Assembly (NCBI GenBank): GCA_963801165.1
Contig: CAWDDT010000011.1
Location: 448,001-512,000 of the forward strand
From: an uncultured bacterium
GTDB lineage: Bacteria; Actinomycetota; Acidimicrobiia; Spongiisociales; UBA5794
Direction: 5' to 3'
Length of the DNA: 64,000 nucleotides
Shown here: positions 50,169-59,959 of the stretch, one piece after another
Layout: every line of letters starts with the position of its first letter
Numbering within the stretch: the stretch's first letter is position 1
Made by a program: the position numbers and the translations under genes
Notes under the pieces: model-generated
Told to the model about the DNA's origin: nothing
The model's database searches: none
Seen by the model: the letters and a program-made list of their open reading frames with translations, nothing else

Positions 50169-51950
50169 TTACTCGAGCAGGTCCCCGGCAATTGCAAACA
50201 GCTGGTCCGCACCGGCCGACACCGCAGGGCCCGACCCTGCGGCCTGGGGCAGGATCTGACGCGCATAGAAGTCGGCAACCGCGACCTTGGCACGAAGCCA
50301 CGGGTCGGCGTCATCGGCCTGCAACGCCTGCGCCGCCAGGGCCAGCCTTCCGAGGTAGTAACCGCCCGCAACCACGCCGAACTGGCGAAGGTACGGGGTG
50401 GCACCGGCGAGGGCGTCGACCGGTGGAGCATCCAGCAACCATTCGGTGGTTTTGCGCAGATCACCGATCGCCCGTTGCAAGGCCTCGCCGATCGGGCCTA
50501 GTCCGATCGTGGCGGCCAGGGCGGCGGCGGTGGACTCCATCTCTTCCAGATACCCGGCGACCACCGATCCGTCGTCCATCGGAAGCTTTCGCATCACCAG
50601 ATCGATCGCCTGGATGCCGTTGGTGCCCTCGTAGATAGGTGCGATTCGGGAGTCGCGCCACAGCTGGGCAGCGCCCGTCTCCTCGATGAACCCCATCCCA
50701 CCATGAATCTGGATGCCGAGCGAGGTCAGCTCGACACCGAGATCGGTGCCCCACGCCTTGGCAACCGGAGTCAGCAGCGCCATCCGCTTGGCCGCCCCGG
50801 CACGATCCATGTCGGTTGCGCCGTGCTCGGCGCGATCGCCCGCCGCCGCGGTGTCGAGGATCAACGCTCGCATCGCCTCGATGTTGGCCTTCATGGTCAA
50901 CAGCATGCGGCGAATGTCGGGGTGGTCGATGATCGGCGACGACTCTCCCCTGGGAGCACCCGGAGCCCGACCCTGTCTCCTCGTCCTGGCGTAGTCGAGG
51001 GCCTGCTGGTACGCACGCACCGACAGCCCGAGACCCTCGAGACCGACGTGCAACCGGGCGTCGTTCATCATCGTGAACATGCAATGCATGCCCTCGTTCA
51101 AATCACCGACGAGGTAGGCGACCGCGCCCCGCTGCTCCCCGTATGCCATGACACAGGTGGGGCTGGCATGGATACCGATCTTGTGCTCGACGCCGACACA
51201 CTCGACGTCGTTCCTGGCCCCGAGCGACCCATCGTCGTTGACGAGATACTTGGGAACCAGGAACAGCGAGATTCCTCTTGTTCCCGCCGGAGCCTCAGGC
51301 GCCCGGGCAAGTACGAAATGGATGATGTTGTCGGTCATCTCGTGCTCGCCCCAGGTGATGAAGATCTTTGTGCCCTTCACCCGCCAGGTCCCGTCCGCTT
51401 CCGGCCAGGCCTTGGTGCGGAGGGCGCCGACGTCCGACCCGGCCTCAGGCTCGGTGAGCGCCATCGTCCCCGCCCATTCGCCCGAAACGAGCTTCTCGAG
51501 GTAGACGTCCTTCAGCTCCCGGGTGCCGTGGCTCTCGAGCGCTGTCACTGCACTCGAGGTGAGCATCGGGCACAACGAGAGTGACAGGTTTGCCGTGGTC
51601 AGCATCTCCTGGAAAGCGGTAGCCATCACTTCGGGAAACCCGTGGCCCCCGTACTCGGGGTCGCCTTTGACGGCGGACCACCCGGCCTCGACGAGCTGCC
51701 GGTACGCCGCCACCATTGCTTCGGGGACGGTCACCGACCCGTCATGGTTGCGGGTGAGCCCCTCGGTGTCGCCGATGCGGTTGGTAGGGGCAACAACGTC
51801 GGCAACGAAGCGGCCTGCCTCGGCCAGGGCGTCGTACACATCGTCCGCCTCGACATGCTCGAACCCGGGGAGCGCGGACAGCTCCCTCAAATCGACGATG
51901 TTCTCCAACACGAAGCGGATGTCACGAAGAGGAGGACGGTAATCACTCAT
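50169..51950 (-). CDS. acyl-CoA dehydrogenase (long type)
   Basis: LTEPEAGSD, GTKIFIT, EHKIGI, HGGMGF, IYEGTNGIQ. Confidence 0.95.
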   Translation of the reverse strand: MSDYRPPLRDIRFVLENIVDLRELSALPGFEHVEADDVYDALAEAGRFVADVVAPTNRIGDTEGLTRNHDGSVTVPEAMVAAYRQLVEAGWSAVKGDPEYGGHGFPEVMATAFQEMLTTANLSLSLCPMLTSSAVTALESHGTRELKDVYLEKLVSGEWAGTMALTEPEAGSDVGALRTKAWPEADGTWRVKGTKIFITWGEHEMTDNIIHFVLARAPEAPAGTRGISLFLVPKYLVNDDGSLGARNDVECVGVEHKIGIHASPTCVMAYGEQRGAVAYLVGDLNEGMHCMFTMMNDARLHVGLEGLGLSVRAYQQALDYARTRRQGRAPGAPRGESSPIIDHPDIRRMLLTMKANIEAMRALILDTAAAGDRAEHGATDMDRAGAAKRMALLTPVAKAWGTDLGVELTSLGIQIHGGMGFIEETGAAQLWRDSRIAPIYEGTNGIQAIDLVMRKLPMDDGSVVAGYLEEMESTAAALAATIGLGPIGEALQRAIGDLRKTTEWLLDAPPVDALAGATPYLRQFGVVAGGYYLGRLALAAQALQADDADPWLRAKVAVADFYARQILPQAAGSGPAVSAGADQLFAIAGDLLE

Positions 51951-51989
51951 GATTCAAGGATAGGACGAGTGATTCGAGGATAGGACGAG
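51950..51989. repeat. 20-bp tandem duplication
   Basis: TGATTCAAGGATAGGACGAG followed by TGATTCGAGGATAGGACGAG. Confidence 0.8.
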
Positions 51990-52057
51990 CTGGATGGCCC
52001 ACAGTGGATCCCAACCGCGCAATGGACCGCAGGACGGCCGACGGCCAAGATACAGGT

Positions 52058-52996
52058 ATGGATGTCGACATACGCAATGAGCCGCCGCCGCAACTATGGG
52101 GCGTAACCATCTCGCTCGGGGCCATCGAGGCGCTCGCCGGGAAGTGGCGCAACCGCCTGTTTCCGCTGCCCCGGTGGGACTACTCCGGTCTTCCCCGTGG
52201 CCTGGACGACCACAACTGGTACAACCTGTGCGTGACTGCCTGCTCCGTGCTTGCGTGCATCTGGCCGCCGGCGGGTGAGGAAATGTGGACGACCCACTAC
52301 GAGGGTGAGGATCTCCAAGACGCTCCTGCGGTGTTCTCCTGCTTTGCGCGCCTGATGGAAGCGGGCCGGCTGGACCTGAAGGTCTTCTCCCGGCTCACCG
52401 CAGCCGGGTTCTTTGCCGGGCGAGGCACTCTCCAGCTCATCGATGAGAAGTGGGCACAGCTCAACTCAGTGGCCACTGCGATCGAGGAGCGGTGGGGCGG
52501 GGCAATTGCCAATCTCGTAGCAACCGGGGAGCAGGACGCCGAGCACATCGTCGACCTCATCGCCGAGACCATACCCGGCTTTCATGACGCCCCCCGATCG
52601 CCCATCGGTAGGCTGCCGTTCTTCAAGTTGCCTCGTCTGGCGACCGCCATGATGTCGGCGGGTGGCTCCACTCCCCTTGCCGGCCTCGAGCGACTCCCCG
52701 TGTACCCCGACTACATGTTGCCCCGTGTCTTGCGCCACAACGGGGTCATGATCTACGACGATGAGCTGGCCGCCGCAGTCGACAGCCGGACCCTCATCCC
52801 CCAGGAGTCGCTCTGGGAGCTCGGCATCCGCTGGGCAACGGTGTACGCCGGCGACCGGCTCGCCGAGGCGCTCCGGGCGCACGGTACCGACGTCTCCACT
52901 CCAGCACTCGACTATGCGCTGTGGGAGAGCGCCGTTCTCGGCCCGGAGGCCGGGATGATGGGCGAGCATCACCGCACGCTGACGCTCGCCTACTAG
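52058..52996 (+). CDS. queuosine salvage family protein (DUF2419/Qng1-like)
   Basis: PGFHD, FFKL, PDYMLPRVLR, ELGIR, LDYALW, C-terminal HHRTLTLAY. Confidence 0.78.
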   Translation: MDVDIRNEPPPQLWGVTISLGAIEALAGKWRNRLFPLPRWDYSGLPRGLDDHNWYNLCVTACSVLACIWPPAGEEMWTTHYEGEDLQDAPAVFSCFARLMEAGRLDLKVFSRLTAAGFFAGRGTLQLIDEKWAQLNSVATAIEERWGGAIANLVATGEQDAEHIVDLIAETIPGFHDAPRSPIGRLPFFKLPRLATAMMSAGGSTPLAGLERLPVYPDYMLPRVLRHNGVMIYDDELAAAVDSRTLIPQESLWELGIRWATVYAGDRLAEALRAHGTDVSTPALDYALWESAVLGPEAGMMGEHHRTLTLAY

Positions 52997-53116
52997 GCGG
53001 GCGGCCAACCAGGCGGGCGGCCAACCAGGCGGGCGGCCAACCAGGCGGGCGGCCAACCAGGCGGGCGGCCAACCAGGCGGGCGGCCAACCAGGCGGGCGG
53101 ATAACCAGGCGGGCGG
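52995..53116. repeat. 16-bp tandem repeat, about 7.6 copies
   Basis: AGGCGGGCGGCCAACC x6, one variant (…ATAACC) and a partial copy; no spacers. Confidence 0.95.
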
Positions 53117-53198
53117 GTAGTGTCGAAAACCGACGAGGCCGATCGTCGTCTCGCGGAAAGGGCAGCAAGAGGCGCCCGGTACTCCTTAGGAGGGAGAC

Positions 53199-53561
53199 AT
53201 GAAGTACGCGATGCTGATCTACACGGATCCGACCCGGGTAGTGAGCGACGAAGACGCCGCCCGGATGCACGAGGCCTACCTCAAGTTCACCGAGCGGATC
53301 ACCGCACAGGGGATCAACCTCGGGGGTGAGGCGCTGGCCGGCGTCGAGACCGCGACGACTGTGCGGGTCCGGGACGGCAAGACATTGACGACGGACGGAC
53401 CGTTCGCCGAGACGAAGGAAGTCCTCGGCGGCTTCTACGTCGTCGAGGCGGCCGACCTCGATGCCGCCGTCGCGGTCGCCGCCGACATACCGGGTTCCTG
53501 GTCGGGTTCGGTCGAGGTTCGCCCGTTGTGGGACTGGAAGAACGGTGAGATCGCCGGGTGA
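53199..53561 (+). CDS. YciI/DGPF family protein
   Basis: [21 protein letters not shown]. Confidence 0.93.
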   Translation: MKYAMLIYTDPTRVVSDEDAARMHEAYLKFTERITAQGINLGGEALAGVETATTVRVRDGKTLTTDGPFAETKEVLGGFYVVEAADLDAAVAVAADIPGSWSGSVEVRPLWDWKNGEIAG

Positions 53562-54850
53562 GGGACCATACGGCGATAGAGGGCCATACAGCGATAGAGG
53601 ACCATACGGCGATAGAGGACCATACAGCGATAGAGGACCATACAGCGATAGAGAAGGTCTTCCGGCGAGAATACGGCAGGGTAGTTGCCACCCTCATCCG
53701 TCACGTCGGCGACTTCGCTCTCGCTGAAGATGCGGTACAGGATGCAGTCACCGAAGCGCTGACGAGGTGGCCGGAAGCCGGGGTTCCCCGCAACCCCGGC
53801 GCCTGGCTCACCACGACTGCGAGACGTAAAGCCATCGACCGGATCCGCCGCCGGGCCAACTACGAGCAGAAGCTCGTCGAGCTCGAGCGGCGGATCCGGG
53901 CCGACGATCAGGGTCGGGGTGACATCGCGGAGACCGGCTTCGACGACGACCAGCTACGGCTCATCTTCACCTGCTGTCATCCGGCTCTCGCCGTCGAGGC
54001 GCAGGTTGCTCTGACGCTCAAGACTCTCGGCGGCTTGTCAACCGAGGAGATCGCACGCGGATTCTTGAGCCGCGAGCCGGCCATGGCACAACGGATCGTC
54101 CGCGCCAAGAGGAAGATCCGCGACGCCGGTATCCCGTACCGGATCCCCCAAGAGCACGAGAGGCCGGAGCGACTTGAAGCGGTGCTCACGGTCGTCTACT
54201 TGATCTTCAATGAAGGCTATGCCGCGACCGCAGGCGCAGACGTCATACGGTCCACGCTGTGCGACGATGCCATCCGTCTCGGCGGCTCACTCGGCCGATT
54301 GCTCCCCGGGGAGGCGGAGATCGTCGGCCTCAACGCGTTGATGCAACTCATCCATGCTCGCCGCGCCGCACGGACCGGTGGAGTGGTCTTGCTCGCGGAT
54401 CAGGACCGGTCACTGTGGCGCCGGGACGAGATAGACGCGGCGACCGATGCCCTGGAGCGCGCCATCGCCATGGGGAGACCCGGCTCATACCAGCTCCAGG
54501 CCGCGATCGCGGCCCTGCATGCAGACGCCGATGACTTCGCAGACACGGATTGGCAGCAGATCAGGCTTCTCTACGACCGGCTTCTCGCCATACATCCGAC
54601 TCCGGTGGTCGCACTCAATCGTGCCGTTGCCCTGGCGATGGCGGACGATGAAGAAGCGGGCCTCAAAGCGATCGATGAGCTCGAGGACGAGCTCAGTGAC
54701 TACCCCTGGTTTCACTCCGCCCGCGCCGAACTGCTGCTCAGGCTCCAACGCTACGACAAGGCCTCCGTTGCGTTCCAGCGTGCGATCGATCTGACCAACA
54801 ACCAGGGGACGCTCTCGTTTCTGTCGACACGCTTGGCAGAGCTGAGCTGA
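53558..54850 (+). CDS. ECF42-type sigma factor with TPR extension
   Basis: [47 protein letters not shown]; preceded by a DGPF gene. Confidence 0.92.
   Translation: MRDHTAIEGHTAIEDHTAIEDHTAIEDHTAIEKVFRREYGRVVATLIRHVGDFALAEDAVQDAVTEALTRWPEAGVPRNPGAWLTTTARRKAIDRIRRRANYEQKLVELERRIRADDQGRGDIAETGFDDDQLRLIFTCCHPALAVEAQVALTLKTLGGLSTEEIARGFLSREPAMAQRIVRAKRKIRDAGIPYRIPQEHERPERLEAVLTVVYLIFNEGYAATAGADVIRSTLCDDAIRLGGSLGRLLPGEAEIVGLNALMQLIHARRAARTGGVVLLADQDRSLWRRDEIDAATDALERAIAMGRPGSYQLQAAIAALHADADDFADTDWQQIRLLYDRLLAIHPTPVVALNRAVALAMADDEEAGLKAIDELEDELSDYPWFHSARAELLLRLQRYDKASVAFQRAIDLTNNQGTLSFLSTRLAELS
53564..53653 (+). repeat. in-frame 18-bp tandem repeat x5 encoding (D/G)HTAIE
   Basis: G(A/G)CCATAC(A/G)GCGATAGAG x5. 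Confidence 0.95.
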
Positions 54851-54913
54851 CGTGTCGAATCAGGCCGGATTCGGCACTGGTACCGTTATCCGTTCTCTGC
54901 ACACCAGGCACGA

Positions 54914-56158
54914 ATGACTATCACAACCCAACGTCTCGGCAGCCGACACTTCACGGCGCTCATCTCGATGATGATGGCGCTCACGGCGATCGCCATCGAC
55001 TTGATGCTCCCGGCTTTCGACGACATCCGGGCGTACTTCGGGCTCCCTCAGGACGCAACGCAGGTCGCCCAGATCGTCACCACGTTCTTTCTCGGCATGG
55101 CGCTGGCACAGTACGTTTACGGCCCACTGGCAGACCGGTTCGGTCGCAAGCCGGTTCTCTACGCCGGGCTTGGCATCTATGCACTCGGCGCCCTCGGCGC
55201 AATGCTCGCACCCAGCCTCGGCTTGGTCCTGGTATGCCGGTTCATCTGGGGCGTCGGCGCGGCCGGACCACGTGTGGTGACGACCTCCATAGTGCGGGAC
55301 TATTACAGCGGCGACCAGATGGCGCGAGCCATGTCATACATCATGGCGGTGTTCATCATGGTGCCTGTCGTCGCCCCGACGATCGGCGCCGGGCTCATCT
55401 CGATATTCCCGTGGCAGTCCGTATTCGCCTTTTGCCTGGTATTCGCCGCCATCGTGGGAACCTGGGCCGCGCTGGTGCTCCCCGAGACGCTTGCCCCGGC
55501 CGACCGGCGGTCGATCGATCGACAGGCCATCTGGGCAACGACTCGAGAGGTATTCACAAACAGGATCACGATCGGCTACACGATCGCTATGACCGCCACC
55601 TTCTCGGTATTCATCTCCTACCTGGCCAGCTCGGAGCTGATCTTTGGGGACTTCTATGGAAAGGCCGAGCAGTTCCCGCTCATCTTCGGTGGAATCGCCG
55701 TGGTGATGGGAATCGCCATGCTGGCGAACGCCCAGTTGGTCGAACGTGTCGGGACACGGCGGCTCACGCACGTTATTGCGGTCGGCTATGTGGTCGCATC
55801 CGGCGTGATCACCACGGTGACACTGGCAGCCGGAGGGCGGCTGTCGTTCTGGCCGTTCGTCGCCTGTCTTGCCGTCCTCATCGTCTTCCACGCGTTGCTG
55901 ATGCCCAACCTCAACACGATCGCGATGCTCCCGATGGGCCACATCGCGGGAACGGCGTCTGCCGTCATCGGAACCGTGTCGATGTCCGGCGGAGCCCTCT
56001 TCGGCTCGATCATCAACGGGATGTACACCGATTCGGCCCTTCCGCTGATAGTCGCGTTTCTCGCGTTCGGGGTATTGACTCTCGCTGCGGTGATCTGGGC
56101 GGAGCGCGGCCGGCTCATCGTGGCACCCGCCGCCGGCGCCACTAGCCTGGAGACGTGA
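54914..56158 (+). CDS. Bcr/CflA family MFS efflux transporter
   Basis: IDLMLPA, GPLADRFGRKPV, VRDYYSG, LPETL. Confidence 0.93.
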   Translation: MTITTQRLGSRHFTALISMMMALTAIAIDLMLPAFDDIRAYFGLPQDATQVAQIVTTFFLGMALAQYVYGPLADRFGRKPVLYAGLGIYALGALGAMLAPSLGLVLVCRFIWGVGAAGPRVVTTSIVRDYYSGDQMARAMSYIMAVFIMVPVVAPTIGAGLISIFPWQSVFAFCLVFAAIVGTWAALVLPETLAPADRRSIDRQAIWATTREVFTNRITIGYTIAMTATFSVFISYLASSELIFGDFYGKAEQFPLIFGGIAVVMGIAMLANAQLVERVGTRRLTHVIAVGYVVASGVITTVTLAAGGRLSFWPFVACLAVLIVFHALLMPNLNTIAMLPMGHIAGTASAVIGTVSMSGGALFGSIINGMYTDSALPLIVAFLAFGVLTLAAVIWAERGRLIVAPAAGATSLET

Positions 56159-56201
56159 GACGGCGCATCGGACGCCACACCGCAGCTGAGGAGGAGCACC
56201 C

Positions 56202-56927
56202 ATGGCCACGCCGCACATCAGTGCCGAGCCCGGCGACTTCGCCGAGTCGATCCTCTTGCCGGGCGATCCCCTCCGGGCACAACACATCGCCGAGAACTTC
56301 CTGACCGGGGCGAAGCTGATCACCTCGGTGCGCAACATGCTGGGGTTCACCGGCAGCTACCAGGGTGTCCCGGTATCAGTGATGGGCACTGGTATGGGGA
56401 TTCCGTCGGCGAGCATCTACGCCACGGAGTTGGTTCAGTTCTACGGGGCGAAGAACCTGATCAGGATCGGTAGCTGTGGGGCGCTCAGCCACGACGTGGC
56501 GATCCGCGACATCGTGATCGCCCTGGGCGCCTGCACCGACTCGAATGTGAACCGTACCCGGTTCGGCGGCTACGACTTTGCCGCCACCGCCAACTACGAG
56601 CTGCTGCGGGCATGCGTCGACGTCGCCGCCCGGTCCGATCACAAGGTTCATGTGGGCAACATCTACACCTCGGACCTCTTCTATCACCCCGACGACGCCG
56701 GACGCATGGAATTCCTCCAGAGGATGGGTGTGCTCGCCGTCGAGATGGAGGTGGCAGGCCTGTACGGTCTTGCCGCCCAGTACGGGGCCAGGGCGCTGGC
56801 GCTGATGACGGTGAGCGACCATGTCCTGACCCAGGAGGCGACCAGTGCCGAGGAACGGCAGACGACGTTCAATGAAATGGCCCGGATCGCCCTCCACACT
56901 GTGATCGCCGTCAGCCAGAGTATCTGA
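56202..56927 (+). CDS. deoD: purine nucleoside phosphorylase, DeoD type
   Basis: TPHI, PGDPLRA, GMGIPS, RIGSCG, VEME, VSDH. Confidence 0.96.
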   Translation: MATPHISAEPGDFAESILLPGDPLRAQHIAENFLTGAKLITSVRNMLGFTGSYQGVPVSVMGTGMGIPSASIYATELVQFYGAKNLIRIGSCGALSHDVAIRDIVIALGACTDSNVNRTRFGGYDFAATANYELLRACVDVAARSDHKVHVGNIYTSDLFYHPDDAGRMEFLQRMGVLAVEMEVAGLYGLAAQYGARALALMTVSDHVLTQEATSAEERQTTFNEMARIALHTVIAVSQSI

Positions 56928-56983
56928 CCGCCGAAGGCGCAACTGCTTTACAAAATGTCAAAGCGTGGCGCTAGCATTTTGGT

Positions 56984-58264
56984 ATGAGCACTGAACACAG
57001 ACCAATCGAACACAGGCCCATCGAATGGATCGCCAACACCCGTGCTCGTGAGATCGCCACCAGTGAAGCCGTAGCCCGTGTGTTTCCTGAGGGCGTCTTC
57101 GAGCGGACGCGTCGATTCCACAGACAGATTCCCGGCTACCGGCCCAGCCCGCTGCGAACCCTCGCCCACCTCGCCAACATGCTCGACGTCGGCGGGATAT
57201 GGGTGAAGGACGAGTCGCAACGGCTCGACCTCAACTCGTTCAAGGTCCTCGGCGGCTCGTTTGCCATCTACCAGTTCATCCGCTCCCAACTCGGTCTCGA
57301 CGGTGAAGACCTGACCTACGAGGAGTTGGTCGGAGAAGCCACCCGCGCCAGGATCGGCGACATCACCTTCGCAACCGCCACCGACGGCAACCATGGCCGT
57401 GGAGTCGCCTGGGGTGCCGCCAAGCTCAACTGCAAAGCGGTTATCTACGTGCACAAGGACACCTCGATCGCCCGGATCCGCGCCATCGAGGCATACGGCG
57501 CCGACGTCCGCGTCGTCGACGGCAACTACGACGATGCCGTCCACCAGGCGAGCCGCGACGCTGCCGCCAACGGTTGGCAGATCATCTCCGACACCTCGTG
57601 GCCGGGCTATACCGATATCCCGAGCTGGGTGATGCAGGGCTACACCACCATGCTGACCGAGGCTCAGGAGCAGCTCGCCGGAACGGGGATCGTCAAGCCG
57701 ACCCATGTGTTCGTCCAGGCGGGTGTTGGTGCGCTGGCCGCAGCAACCGCCGGCTTCTACAGCAGCCGATTTGGCGAGGAACGCCCGACGACAATAGTCG
57801 TCGAGCCGAGCGAGGCGCGCTGTCTCTATCACTCCGCCAAAATCGGCGACGGGAACCCTCACGATGTCGAGGGGGAACTGCAGACGATCATGGCCGGCCT
57901 CGCCTGTGGTGAGCCGAGCCCGATTGCCTGGGATGTGTTGTGGGACACCATCGACGCGTTCGTCGCCTGCCCGGATTACGTTGCGGCCAAGGGGATGCGG
58001 GTGTACGGCGTCCCGCTGGCCGGCGACCCTTTCATCGTCTCGGGCGAATCCGGGGCTGTGACCCTGGGAGCGCTCACCTTCGTAGCGGACTATGCGGAGT
58101 TCGGCGACCTGAAGGAGTACCTGGGTCTCGACCACAACTCGCAGGTGCTGCTGATCAACTCCGAAGGCAACACCGATCCCCAGTACTTCCGTCGTGTCGT
58201 GTGGGAAGGGGCGAACTCGGTTCCGGGACCGTACCGTTGGTCGCCGCGACTCGAGCAGCACTGA
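56984..58264 (+). CDS. dpaL: diaminopropionate ammonia-lyase
   Basis: KDESQR..NSFKVLG, ATDGNHGRG, ISDTSW, MQGY, QAGVG, MAGLACGEP, SGESGA. Confidence 0.92.
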   Translation: MSTEHRPIEHRPIEWIANTRAREIATSEAVARVFPEGVFERTRRFHRQIPGYRPSPLRTLAHLANMLDVGGIWVKDESQRLDLNSFKVLGGSFAIYQFIRSQLGLDGEDLTYEELVGEATRARIGDITFATATDGNHGRGVAWGAAKLNCKAVIYVHKDTSIARIRAIEAYGADVRVVDGNYDDAVHQASRDAAANGWQIISDTSWPGYTDIPSWVMQGYTTMLTEAQEQLAGTGIVKPTHVFVQAGVGALAAATAGFYSSRFGEERPTTIVVEPSEARCLYHSAKIGDGNPHDVEGELQTIMAGLACGEPSPIAWDVLWDTIDAFVACPDYVAAKGMRVYGVPLAGDPFIVSGESGAVTLGALTFVADYAEFGDLKEYLGLDHNSQVLLINSEGNTDPQYFRRVVWEGANSVPGPYRWSPRLEQH

Positions 58265-58340
58265 TCGTCTCCCAGCCGGATTCGGTGAGATCGGTGTCCG
58301 GGTCGATCAGTCGGATGGCAATCGGATATCGTTTGGGACA

Positions 58341-59342
58341 ATGACCGACCATCACCACCAACCCGGGCCACGGTGGTCAAAACTCGTCCACTTCTTCAGA
58401 CATCATCATGATCACGGCAGCGGGCAAACGCCGGGCGATCTGGGAGTCGAAGGAATCCGGGCGACCAAGATCTCTCTGGCCGGTCTTGGAGCGACGGCTC
58501 TGCTCCAAGCCGCCCTGGTCGCTGTCACCGGGTCGGTCGCGCTCCTCTCCGACACCATCCACAACTTCACCGATGCTCTCACGGCGGTCCCACTCTGGCT
58601 GGCGTTCTCGCTCGGTCGCAGGCCGCACAACAAGCGGTACACGTACGGCTATCACAGAGCCGAGGATCTCGCCGGCGTCGTCATCGTCATCGCCATCGGG
58701 CTCTCGGCGGGGGGCGTGGCCTGGGAGTCGATCCGTCGTCTCGCCGAGACCCGTCACATCGACCACGCCGGGTGGGTGATCGTTGCCGGGATCGTCGGTG
58801 CTATCGGCAACGAGCTGGTCGCCCGGTACCGGCGCAGGGTCGGGCTGAGGATTGGCTCAGCCGCGCTCGTCGCCGACGCCGACCATGCCCGGGCCGATGC
58901 GCTCACCTCGCTGACGGTCGTGCTTGCCGGGGTCGGGGCGTACCTTGGCTGGATCTGGGTAGACCCGGTCGCCGGGCTCTTTGTCGCGGCGATGATCCTC
59001 CGGCTGCTGTTGCAGGCGTCACGCACGATGATGGAGCGGCTGATGGACGCCGTCGATCCAGAGATTGTGGACCGGGTCGAGCGGGTCGTGTCCGCACGAG
59101 AAGGCGTGCTCGGCGTCAACGACATTCGAGCCCGTCACCAGGGCTATCTCCTCCTGATCACGCTGTGCATCCTTGTCGACCCCGATATCACCATGGCCCA
59201 GGGTCATGCCATCGCCCACGAGGTCGAACACGACCTGCTCCACGAGTTTCCCAACGCGGGAGAGGCTGTGATCCACGTCGATCCGCTCGGTGACGAGGAT
59301 CCACACAACGTGGCCTCGCATCACACCCATCCCGAGGGGTGA
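58341..59342 (+). CDS. cation diffusion facilitator family metal transporter
   Basis: His-rich N-terminus, SVALLSDTIHN..D, YGYHRAED, HARAD, IHVDP. Confidence 0.93.
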   Translation: MTDHHHQPGPRWSKLVHFFRHHHDHGSGQTPGDLGVEGIRATKISLAGLGATALLQAALVAVTGSVALLSDTIHNFTDALTAVPLWLAFSLGRRPHNKRYTYGYHRAEDLAGVVIVIAIGLSAGGVAWESIRRLAETRHIDHAGWVIVAGIVGAIGNELVARYRRRVGLRIGSAALVADADHARADALTSLTVVLAGVGAYLGWIWVDPVAGLFVAAMILRLLLQASRTMMERLMDAVDPEIVDRVERVVSAREGVLGVNDIRARHQGYLLLITLCILVDPDITMAQGHAIAHEVEHDLLHEFPNAGEAVIHVDPLGDEDPHNVASHHTHPEG

Positions 59343-59452
59343 GACCGGCGTCTCCGTGACGGCTCGACACCGGGGAAACATCGGGGTCATCCCCGATTTC
59401 GTCGGCGTGACAGCCGTTGTATCGATGGGTACAGCTTTCACAGGGAGACGCG

Positions 59453-59836
59453 ATGAAGATCGCCTTTGCGGTATTTCTTTTCATACACGGCCTCGCTCAC
59501 GGTGTCGGGTTCCTCACCGTGTCCGGCCTCGTCCAGAACTCGGATCAGCCTTCCGAGCCAACGTTCCTGCTCACGGGTTTCGCCAAAGAGCATTGGGTGT
59601 TCAAGATCATGGCGGTTGTGTGGCTGATCGGGCTGGTTGGGTTCATGATCGCCGGTTTCGCCGTACTCGGCGGGACCGATTGGGCATTCACCGCGATCGT
59701 GGCTGCCACCATCCTGTCGACGGCTCTCAGCCTGCTCTGGGTGAAGTCTGCGCCGTTCGGCATCGTCGCCAACCTGATCGTGGTGGCGGCTCTGCTCATA
59801 CCCGTGGTGTCCGATCGGGTCCTACCCCCGGCCTGA
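59453..59836 (+). CDS. small integral membrane protein
   Basis: IHGLAH N-terminal motif, about 4 TM helices; RBS GGGAG. Confidence 0.75.
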   Translation: MKIAFAVFLFIHGLAHGVGFLTVSGLVQNSDQPSEPTFLLTGFAKEHWVFKIMAVVWLIGLVGFMIAGFAVLGGTDWAFTAIVAATILSTALSLLWVKSAPFGIVANLIVVAALLIPVVSDRVLPPA

Positions 59837-59959
59837 CCTCGATCCAACCCGTCGGCCGGATGAGCTCCGGTAGCGGCCCGGCTGCCACCGCCCGGCGCCT
59901 TATCGGCGGGCGCCTGTTGCCGACTGTGTACTGTGTAGAGAGACAATTCGGAGCAGCAC

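Noticed and set aside
52995-53116. Possible CRISPR array
   Set aside because: Units are contiguous 16-mers with no unique spacers, and there are no cas genes.
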